IMG/VR virus record: IMGVR_UViG_3300045988_115600 | Reading direction: 5' to 3' (one strand) | DNA length: 35,928 nucleotides | Source of the DNA: a virus | Shown here: piece by piece, positions 14,321-21,271 of the stretch | How positions within the stretch are numbered: position 1 is the stretch's first letter | Layout: every line of letters starts with the position of its first letter | Notes under the pieces: generated by a model | Told to the model about the DNA's origin: nothing | Seen by the model: the letters and a program-made list of their open reading frames with translations, nothing else | The model's database searches: none | Position numbers and translations under genes: made by a program

Positions 14321-14989
14321 ATGAACAATGAAAATTTTGCCGGAATTATGGGAACGGTAAAGCAGGCAGAGGTAACAAGCGGGGTATGCGGATACGACAC
14401 AGAAAACCGCTATGCAGTGCTGCGGGTATGTGTACCGAGAAAAAGCGGGGCAGAGGATACGGTAATTGTAGCTGCAAAAATAAAGGAAAATGAAAACATA
14501 GACGCAGAAGCAATAGCAAGAAATATGGTGGTTGGCAGAGATATTATGGCAACGGGCATTTTGCAGAAAGCCATGAACGCAGAAAGCGGGCATACGGCTG
14601 TTTTTATCCTTGCAGATCACGTTGTAACAGTAGGGTTCCCGGAATATCAGAACGGCGTGCAATTAACAGCGGAAATTGTGAATAACCCGGAAGTAAGAGA
14701 AACACCAAGGGGAAAACATATAGCAGATGTAATGCTGAAAGTGGAAAACTGCATACAGGGTGGAAACGTACATATCCCATGTATTTTCTGGCAGGAGAAC
14801 GCCAGCGAGATTGCAAAGTACAAAAGAGGCACGATTGTAAAAATCACTGGCAGATTACAGAGCCGGGAGTATGTGAAAAAGTATTACGGCGATAATAACA
14901 CAGAATCAGAAGAGAAAAGAACCACTTTCGAGGTATCAGTAGAAAAGATGCAGGTATGGTGGCAGCCGGAAACAGTAGAAAGGAATTAG
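14321..14989 (+). CDS. ssb: Single-stranded DNA-binding protein-like, with two OB-fold halves.
   Basis: 222 aa. The second half (VQLTAEIVNNPEVRETPRGKHIADVMLKV...IPCIFWQENASEIAKYKRGTIVKITGRLQSREY...TTFEVSVEKMQV) follows the canonical SSB OB-fold pattern. The first half is a degenerate copy. Confidence 0.6.
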   Translation: MNNENFAGIMGTVKQAEVTSGVCGYDTENRYAVLRVCVPRKSGAEDTVIVAAKIKENENIDAEAIARNMVVGRDIMATGILQKAMNAESGHTAVFILADHVVTVGFPEYQNGVQLTAEIVNNPEVRETPRGKHIADVMLKVENCIQGGNVHIPCIFWQENASEIAKYKRGTIVKITGRLQSREYVKKYYGDNNTESEEKRTTFEVSVEKMQVWWQPETVERN

Positions 14990-14994
14990 ACACA

Positions 14995-15312
14995 ATGAAA
15001 AGCAGAATCATTTTAAACAGAGAACGCACAGCAAAGGCACAGGAAATATCAATACCGATACATGGAAAAGGCGGGGAGCTAGGCATAAAGGCAGTTACTG
15101 GGCTAGTGGGGTTGATTGAAACATTGAAAGATTGCGGTACATGTCAAGAGGTACAATCTGTATTTGACGCTATCTGTGGATATAACGCATGTTGTATTAG
15201 ATGTGAGTTTATTGACGAAAAGGGCGCAGATGAACTTATGGAGTTGGTAAGTATGCTTGCTGGGCAGGAAATGGCAAGATGTAAGAATAGTTGCGGGAAA
15301 GGCACAGAATGA
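14995..15312 (+). CDS. Hypothetical protein.
   Basis: ORF 14956..15312. ATG 14995 follows AAAGGA. Cys-rich (CGTC, CCIRC). No recognised family. Confidence 0.4.
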   Translation: MKSRIILNRERTAKAQEISIPIHGKGGELGIKAVTGLVGLIETLKDCGTCQEVQSVFDAICGYNACCIRCEFIDEKGADELMELVSMLAGQEMARCKNSCGKGTE

Positions 15313-15635
15313 AATTTGCATGGACGGAAAAGGATAAAGAGCGGTTTTTTAAGAGAGCCGAAAGGCAATTAAAAGCCGCTGGCATTGATTTTGTGCAGGT
15401 AGACCGGGAACAGATAGGCGTAAAAGAGTGGAATGCAGAGAAGCAGACCGCAGGCGCAGTTTATGTATGGCTGACATCATACCCGTATAACCATTTCAGC
15501 ACAAGGAAACGTGGATTATTAAAAAGGTTGGGAAATTGGGAATGTACAGACCATTTCAAGAAAGGCGGGAGCAAACCAATATATATGCACTCACGCCTTA
15601 TTTACACCTCATACAGAGAGGAAAAGAAACAATGA
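15309..15635 (+). CDS. Hypothetical protein.
   Basis: ORF 15291..15635. ATG 15309 overlaps the upstream stop (ATGA coupling). Confidence 0.4.
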   Translation: MKFAWTEKDKERFFKRAERQLKAAGIDFVQVDREQIGVKEWNAEKQTAGAVYVWLTSYPYNHFSTRKRGLLKRLGNWECTDHFKKGGSKPIYMHSRLIYTSYREEKKQ

Positions 15636-15812
15636 AAAGAGAAAGCCCCTACGGTACTGGAATACCATAGGGGCAAAGCTATAAGCCTTAACAATTTGTC
15701 TAACAAAAGTATAAATGGCGTATGGCGAAAAGTCAAGGAAATTGCAGGCACAGAGCCTGCCTTTACCACTTGATAAAAGTATTAACTATCCGACAAAAGA
15801 GAGGTAAAACAT

Positions 15813-16568
15813 ATGCCGTATGTAGAGAGAGTTACAAGAGCAGGAAAGACGATAGAGGTAGAGCGTTACTTTACCAGCAGATACAAAAAGCCGGGCATAA
15901 AAAGAGGGGATAAAGTAAAGCCAACCAAGGAAGAGCAGAAAAAGGTTAATACCAGAGCGGCAGAGAGAAAATTACGATTACTGTTAAATGCCAATTTTGG
16001 GTATGGAGATTATCACTTAGAACTGGACTACATACGGAAAAAGGGACAGCCGGATAGAAGCAGGGAGCAGATGCGTAAGGACATGGATATTTTTTTACGG
16101 GAGTTACGCAAAGAGTGCAAAAAGGCAGGCATAGAGCTTAAATATGTGCATGTTATGGAGATTGGTAAAAGAGGGGCACGCCACCACCATTTAGTTATCA
16201 ACAAGATTGATACAGAGATTTTACAACGATGCTGGTACAAAGCGTATGAGGGACACAATAGGGTAAAGGTATTCCCGTTAGACGATTCTGGAAATTACGC
16301 AAAGCTGGCAAGCTATTTTATCAAGTACACAGATACGCACAGGACAGAGGCAGACGGGGCATTACAGGGCAAGCGTTGGAATTGCAGCAAAAACCTTGTA
16401 AGACCAGAGCCAGAAATAAGAATAATTTCAGATCGTGCATGGTTCAAATCAGAGCCAACAGCGATAAAAGGTTACTACGTGGACAAAGACAGCGTGAGCA
16501 AAGGCATACATAGCCCGGAATACTACGGATACGGGTACATGAGGTACACGCTGGTAAAACTGGAATGA
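15813..16568 (+). CDS. Putative HUH-type rolling-circle replication initiator (Rep).
   Basis: 251 aa with an AGAGAGG RBS. ARHHHLVINKID has an HUH-like motif (H-H-H followed by hydrophobic residues). LASYFIKYT has a YxxK-type catalytic Tyr motif. Assigned by motif pattern only. Confidence 0.45.
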   Translation: MPYVERVTRAGKTIEVERYFTSRYKKPGIKRGDKVKPTKEEQKKVNTRAAERKLRLLLNANFGYGDYHLELDYIRKKGQPDRSREQMRKDMDIFLRELRKECKKAGIELKYVHVMEIGKRGARHHHLVINKIDTEILQRCWYKAYEGHNRVKVFPLDDSGNYAKLASYFIKYTDTHRTEADGALQGKRWNCSKNLVRPEPEIRIISDRAWFKSEPTAIKGYYVDKDSVSKGIHSPEYYGYGYMRYTLVKLE

Positions 16569-16582
16569 AAGGGGTTGATAGT

Positions 16583-16708
16583 TTGATTGTGATAGCTGCG
16601 ATTGCAATATTTATGGCAGGCGTGGTTGCGGGCATGGTGTTAATGGCACTTGCAGCCGCTGCTAAAAGAAACAATGAGCGGATAGAGAGGGCAGAAAAAC
16701 ATGATTGA
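16583..16708 (+). CDS. Possible 41-aa single-pass membrane peptide.
   Basis: TTG start 9 nt after AAAGGGG. Translation LIVIAAIAIFMAGVVAGMVLMALAAAAKRNNERIERAEKHD. It partly fills an otherwise empty 253-nt gap. A second Cys-rich small ORF (16701..16835) overlaps its stop. Confidence 0.3.
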   Translation: MIVIAAIAIFMAGVVAGMVLMALAAAAKRNNERIERAEKHD

Positions 16709-16821
16709 CAAAATTATTTACTGGTTATTCCAACCGGGGAAAGATTGCAAGCATTGTTGCCTGCGGTGTGAGTATTACGATTTATGCCGTTCAGAAGTAA
16801 AACGAGGAAAGGAGCGAAAGA

Positions 16822-17235
16822 ATGAGAAATTTTAGGCTTGACGATGAAAGCGGACATCAAGAGGCATTATTTGAGTGGGCAGCGTACCACATGGACTGTA
16901 TGCCGGAACTTGAATATATGCACCATATCCCAAACGGGGGAAAGCGAGATAAACGGACAGCGGTAGCACTGAAAAGACAGGGTGTAAAAGCTGGTGTGCC
17001 GGATATCTGTTTACCAGTGGCAAGAAACGGATATCATGGGTTGTACATCGAACTGAAAGCAGGCAAAAACAAGGCTACAAAGAACCAAGAAAAGTGGCAA
17101 GTATTTTTGAACGACCAAGGGTATTATGCAGTGATCTGTTACGGGTGGCGTGAGGCGGCAAAAGTGATTGAAGAATATTTATTAAAAGCCGACAACGACA
17201 AAGCGGCAGCAGTATTACAGGAAATGGGAAAATAA
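16822..17235 (+). CDS. VRR-NUC domain nuclease.
   Basis: 137 aa. GVKAGVPDICLPV...GLYIELKAGKNKATKNQEKWQ is the PD-(D/E)XK core of the VRR-NUC family. Confidence 0.8.
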   Translation: MRNFRLDDESGHQEALFEWAAYHMDCMPELEYMHHIPNGGKRDKRTAVALKRQGVKAGVPDICLPVARNGYHGLYIELKAGKNKATKNQEKWQVFLNDQGYYAVICYGWREAAKVIEEYLLKADNDKAAAVLQEMGK

Positions 17236-17254
17236 GCACGAAAGAGGTAAAAGT

Positions 17255-18043
17255 ATGAGAGTGATTAGCGTTTTAAATTTAAAAGGCGGCGTGGCAAAAA
17301 CATTTACGGCAGCAAACGTAGCATATGAGCTTTACAGGAGAGGTTACAGAGTATTGCTAATTGATAACGATAAACAGGGCAATTTAAGCAAAGCGTACAG
17401 CAGATACGATGCAGAGAACATAGCACCAGTTACAAAGTTACTGGCTGGGGACTGGTGCAACGTAGACGAACTGATACAGCATACAGACTATGAGGGCATC
17501 GACATTGTAACAGCGAATATGTCATTGTTTGGGGCTACATGGAATTTAACCAAAGAGGACAGCGAAAACCAGATTGAAAGATACAAAACACTGGTATATG
17601 CCAAAGTACAGTATTACGGAGATTGCACCGTATACGGCAAATACGATTACTGCATCATTGATAACCCGCCAGATATCGGGCTGAATGTTGTAAATGCGCT
17701 GGCGATTACGGACGAGGTAATAGTACCTGTAAAGGTGGACGAGGACGCATTAGAGGGGCTGGATATCGTGACAGAGCAGATAGAGGACGCAAAAGCATTT
17801 AATCCGGCATTAAAGTTGGCTGGCGTATTGATTACGTCATACCAAAACACAGACGGAGAGGCAGCAGGCGTAGAGTGGCTGGAACAGAACACAGATTTTA
17901 ATATTTTGGGCATTATCAGATATTCCAAGAAAGTAGCAGAAAACACATTTTTGCGAAAGCCCATTTATGAGTACAGCCCATGTTGTGCAGCAGCGCAGGG
18001 ATACAAGAAATTTGTAACGGCATACACAGGAAAAGCGAGGTAA
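17255..18043 (+). CDS. parA: ParA/Soj-family partition ATPase.
   Basis: 262 aa. Deviant Walker A LKGGVAKT at residues 9-16, followed by VLLIDNDKQGNLS and IIDNPPD motifs. Confidence 0.85.
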   Translation: MRVISVLNLKGGVAKTFTAANVAYELYRRGYRVLLIDNDKQGNLSKAYSRYDAENIAPVTKLLAGDWCNVDELIQHTDYEGIDIVTANMSLFGATWNLTKEDSENQIERYKTLVYAKVQYYGDCTVYGKYDYCIIDNPPDIGLNVVNALAITDEVIVPVKVDEDALEGLDIVTEQIEDAKAFNPALKLAGVLITSYQNTDGEAAGVEWLEQNTDFNILGIIRYSKKVAENTFLRKPIYEYSPCCAAAQGYKKFVTAYTGKAR

Positions 18044-18049
18044 AAAGAT

Positions 18050-19342
18050 ATGGCAAAGTTTGGCATTAACGATATTCTGAACGCAAAGACAAAGGCAGCC
18101 GGGCAGCAGGCACAGGGATACAAAGAAATCTATTTAAGCCCGTATGAGGTAAAGGCAGCCGAAGAGAACACGCACCAGAAGTTAGAGGGCATAGAAGAAC
18201 TGGCAGACAGCTTTTTACACGTAGGGCAGGAGCAGCCAACGGTTTTGGCAAGGGTAAACGGAGAATACCGCATAATTGACGGGCACAGACGTAACGAAGC
18301 AAACAAGCTGAATTTGGAGCGGGGGCATAAAGAGTATGAAAAAGTGCTTTTCCGCTCAAAGGATATGAGCGAGGCTATGTATGAGTTATCGTTGCTGGCT
18401 GGCAATGGATACACGCAGGAGCTGACGGCATACGAAAAAACGAGATTGGTAGAAAGAACCAAGGCGGCACTTATCCGGGCAAAGAAAGAGGACGGATTAG
18501 AGATTAAAGGGAAAATGCGTGATCTGATAGCCTCAATGCTGAACGAAAGCAGCACAAACGTAGCACGTATGGAAAGTATCAACAACAATGCAACGCCGGA
18601 AATCAAAGAGCAGTTAAAAAGCGGTAGTATTGGGGTAACGGCAGCGTATGAGGCTGCGAAGTTGTCAGAGGCAGAGCAAAAGGAAATTGCGGAGCGGGCA
18701 GCAGCCGGGAAAGAGATACGGGCAAATGAAATTGCACAGAAAGTTGCGGAAAAGAAAGCAGCAGAAAAAGCAGATAAGCCGGAAGAACCAAGACCGGGGG
18801 ACGATTACGAAATAGCACACCCGGAGAGCATTACATCGTTGTGCTATTCATGCCTGTATTATTCAGACTGCAATGTAAAAACGGGGACGTGTCAGAAGTG
18901 CGACAAGTACAAGAATAAGGCAGAGGCAGAAAAAACGGACGAACAGCGGTATAGCGAAGAGCAGGACAGAATAGACCGAGAAACAAAAGCGAAGCTGCGG
19001 CAGCAGGCAGAAAATGAAAAAATGGAGCATTTGCCAAGCGATACAGAAAAACAGCCAAAGCTACACAGAATAAGATTAGCAAAAATGTCTTTTGAAGATG
19101 TGGCAAGCGGTAAAAAGCCGTTTGAGCTGCGGAAGAATGACGAGGGATTTAAACAGGGCGATATTTTAGAAATGGCAGAATACACGAACGGAGAGGAAAC
19201 GGGAAGAATCATAAAGGCAGAGGTAACGTATATGTTACAGGAATATGCAGGACTTGCAGAGGGGTACTGCATCATGGCAATTAAGGTAATGGGTATTGTG
19301 TCCGAAACGGACACCAAGGGAGTAAAGCATGATAGAGGATAA
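18050..19342 (+). CDS. parB: ParB-like N-terminal domain protein fused to a Cys cluster and a C-terminal DUF3850/ASCH-like domain.
   Basis: 430 aa. ParB/Srx box QPTVLARVNGEYRIIDGHRRNEA. Central cluster CYSCLYYSDCNVKTGTCQKC. The C-terminus KPFELRKNDEGFKQGDILEMAEY...GRIIKAEVTYM matches the DUF3850 (ASCH/PUA-like) pattern. Confidence 0.7.
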   Translation: MAKFGINDILNAKTKAAGQQAQGYKEIYLSPYEVKAAEENTHQKLEGIEELADSFLHVGQEQPTVLARVNGEYRIIDGHRRNEANKLNLERGHKEYEKVLFRSKDMSEAMYELSLLAGNGYTQELTAYEKTRLVERTKAALIRAKKEDGLEIKGKMRDLIASMLNESSTNVARMESINNNATPEIKEQLKSGSIGVTAAYEAAKLSEAEQKEIAERAAAGKEIRANEIAQKVAEKKAAEKADKPEEPRPGDDYEIAHPESITSLCYSCLYYSDCNVKTGTCQKCDKYKNKAEAEKTDEQRYSEEQDRIDRETKAKLRQQAENEKMEHLPSDTEKQPKLHRIRLAKMSFEDVASGKKPFELRKNDEGFKQGDILEMAEYTNGEETGRIIKAEVTYMLQEYAGLAEGYCIMAIKVMGIVSETDTKGVKHDRG

Positions 19343-19712
19343 AATAAAACAGGAATATGAATGGCAGCATAGAGAAATGGGACAACCTGCGCTGGATGAA
19401 TTGTTTAATAAAATCAATGAGGCGTTGGGAATAGAGTTGTGGATATGGCAAAAAACGTATATGGCAATGGGCGTTTACAGACAGATAGGAGCAACAACAG
19501 CGGAATGCTTACGGACGCTGCTTTTTGGTAAAACAACACCATTGGATTACTCAAGACCGCCAAGAAGTAAGAGGGAACATTGCGAACGGGAACAGTTAAG
19601 GGAAATATATCAAAAACTTAATGAGGCAGGGATACAGACAAGACAGGTATTTTGGAACAGAGAAGAAAAGGAGCAATGGCATGAATCACAGACAGTGGAA
19701 AAAGAATTATAA
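19329..19712 (+). CDS. Hypothetical protein.
   Basis: 127-aa ORF with a GGGAG RBS. It overlaps the parB end by 14 nt. Confidence 0.45.
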   Translation: MIEDKIKQEYEWQHREMGQPALDELFNKINEALGIELWIWQKTYMAMGVYRQIGATTAECLRTLLFGKTTPLDYSRPPRSKREHCEREQLREIYQKLNEAGIQTRQVFWNREEKEQWHESQTVEKEL

Positions 19713-19971
19713 AAAGCGATATGGTTATAATCCACCTGCATATATGGACAAGCGAAAGAGAAGAAAGGCAAGGGCGCAGCAGTCCTTGCCTTGTGCTGGT
19801 ATATCGGTGGAGCAGATAACACAGGCAATGGCAACATTTACAGAGGCAGTATTTACCGCAGCAGGAAATATATGTGATGCGCTGGCACAGATGTTTAGCA
19901 GGCAGGCACAGGCATTTAATGTTGCGGCAGAAAAATATAAAGACAGTGAGGCAGGGGCGCATGGGGAATAA
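19681..19971 (+). CDS. Hypothetical basic protein.
   Basis: ORF 19621..19971. ATG 19681 follows AAAAGGAG. Lys/Arg-rich N-terminus. Confidence 0.4.
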   Translation: MNHRQWKKNYKKRYGYNPPAYMDKRKRRKARAQQSLPCAGISVEQITQAMATFTEAVFTAAGNICDALAQMFSRQAQAFNVAAEKYKDSEAGAHGE

Positions 19972-20305
19972 CAAAGAGATGCAGAGGCAGCAGTATAACA
20001 GAACAGTGGCAATGTTGAAACAGTACAGAGATGCACAATTCTTTATACAGCACACAGCGGACGAAGAAAGCAGACAGAGAACAAAAGAGGCAGTACAGCA
20101 TATTACGGCGGCACTGGAAGAGGTACAGCGGCGCAGGCAGCAGGCAGAGAGAGAGGAAGAGTACACAGCATTACGCATGTATTACATGCAGGGATATACA
20201 TACGAGCAGATCGAGAAAGAATTAAACACAGGGAAAGATACACCAAGACGCTGGATTACAGCAGCAGTAAAGGAGCTGGCAGTTATGATTTATGGGATTG
20301 AGTAA
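19961..20305 (+). CDS. Putative late-gene transcriptional regulator with a sigma-70 region-4-like HTH, in the ArpU/RinA position.
   Basis: ORF 19874..20305. ATG 19961 is the likely start. YTALRMYYMQGYTYEQIEKELNTGKDTPRRWITAAVKELA resembles a sigma region-4 HTH. It is the last gene before the packaging module. Confidence 0.5.
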   Translation: MGNNKEMQRQQYNRTVAMLKQYRDAQFFIQHTADEESRQRTKEAVQHITAALEEVQRRRQQAEREEEYTALRMYYMQGYTYEQIEKELNTGKDTPRRWITAAVKELAVMIYGIE

Positions 20306-20310
20306 AGCTG

Positions 20311-20389
20311 TGCGGAATAGCTGCACAAATTTTGCGGTATATTTGCACAAATCCTGCGGTGGACAGGGAAACGGTGCGGGCGGTATAAT
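20311..20389 (+). promoter_or_regulatory. Phased TGCGG repeats plus a TATAAT box (candidate activator-dependent late promoter).
   Basis: 17-nt direct repeats TGCACAAAT-NN-TGCGGT at 20322..20338 and 20344..20360. TGCGG occurs at 20311, 20333, 20355 and 20375 (spacing 22, 22, 20). TATAAT lies at 20384..20389, with a poor -35 box (GGACAG). Confidence 0.4.
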
Positions 20390-20398
20390 ACAACTGTT

Positions 20399-20448
20399 AA
20401 GGACGCACGAAAGAACTTAAATGTTTTTTCGTGCGTCCTTTTGTTTTT
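20399..20448 (+). terminator. Strong rho-independent terminator upstream of the packaging genes.
   Basis: 14-bp stem AAGGACGCACGAAA (20399..20412) / TTTCGTGCGTCCTT (20427..20440), followed by TTGTTTTT. Confidence 0.75.
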
Positions 20449-20512
20449 CATCATACTTTTACCTCCTGCCCAACGCATGAAACCTAGGGCGTTGGGTAAA
20501 GAAAGAGGCAAC

Positions 20513-20827
20513 ATGAAAGAGTGGGCAGAATGGTTTTATAAATCTAAAGAGTGGACGCAGACAAGAGACGCATACATGGTTGCACAGCATTACTTGTGTG
20601 AACGCTGCGGAGAGCCAGCAAAGATTGTGCATCACAAGATATGGCTGACACCAAAGAACATACACGAGCAGAACATTACGTTATGCTGGGACAACTTAGA
20701 GGCATTGTGTCAGGACTGCCACAACAAAGAGCATCATGCAAAAAACGTGCGTGCAAAACGATATGCGTTTACGGCTGACGGCGAACTAATCCCCCCCATT
20801 CAGAAAAATATTTTTCGCTCACGATAG
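20513..20827 (+). CDS. HNH endonuclease (packaging-associated).
   Basis: ORF 20441..20827. ATG 20513 follows AAAGAGG. CERCG...HHKIWL...CQDCHNKEHH is an HNH/zinc-finger core. It sits immediately upstream of terS/terL, as in HK97-like cos phages. Confidence 0.85.
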   Translation: MKEWAEWFYKSKEWTQTRDAYMVAQHYLCERCGEPAKIVHHKIWLTPKNIHEQNITLCWDNLEALCQDCHNKEHHAKNVRAKRYAFTADGELIPPIQKNIFRSR

Positions 20828-20912
20828 ACCGAGGGGTAACCCTAATTTTACTCTGCAAGGTCGCACATGCGTGGTGTAGAGGGGGTGGGGTGTATCGAAA
20901 GGGGTAAAAGAA

Positions 20913-21266
20913 ATGGCAGCACGAAAGGAAAAGAGCAAAGAAGCCAAGATAAAGAGTGAAAAGACAAGATTAAAAGGGATTTTCAAGGACTTAGACGAAA
21001 ATAAAAAGAAGTTGGTAACGCCGCTGATAGAAAAGGCTGCTTTTATGTCGATAGAACTTGATGAATTGCAGAACGTGATAGAGGAAACGGGCTGGACAAG
21101 TGAGTACAAAAACGGAGAGAACCAGTACGGGACGAAGAAAAGCCCGGAAGCAGAAACATACATAGCATTATCAAAGAATTATGCGGCTATCATCAAGCAA
21201 TTAACAGAGCTTGTACCTGCGGCAAAACGTAAGCAAAGCAAGCTGGCAGCCCTTAGAGAAGAATAG
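20913..21266 (+). CDS. terS: Terminase small subunit (P27 family-like).
   Basis: 117 aa. The position and sequence pattern (KKLVTPLIEKAAFMSIELDELQ...GENQYGTKKSPEAETYIALSKNYAAIIKQL) fit P27-family small terminases. Confidence 0.75.
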   Translation: MAARKEKSKEAKIKSEKTRLKGIFKDLDENKKKLVTPLIEKAAFMSIELDELQNVIEETGWTSEYKNGENQYGTKKSPEAETYIALSKNYAAIIKQLTELVPAAKRKQSKLAALREE

Positions 21267-21271
21267 GGCAA

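Noticed and set aside
14066-14662. 198-aa minus-strand ORF across VR2 and the SSB gene start.
   Set aside because: Same artefact as at VR1. It overlaps two well-supported + strand genes that have RBSs.
15722-15913. 63-aa + strand ORF in the gap upstream of rep.
   Set aside because: It has no RBS, overlaps the rep start by 100 nt in another frame, and runs through the hairpins that are more likely regulatory or origin elements.
20322-20360. Direct repeats checked as a possible CRISPR mini-array. The genome was also scanned for other arrays.
   Set aside because: There are only two 17-nt copies with a 5-nt spacer, and no cas genes. The spacing fits a protein-binding array rather than CRISPR. 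No CRISPR-like array was seen anywhere in the window.
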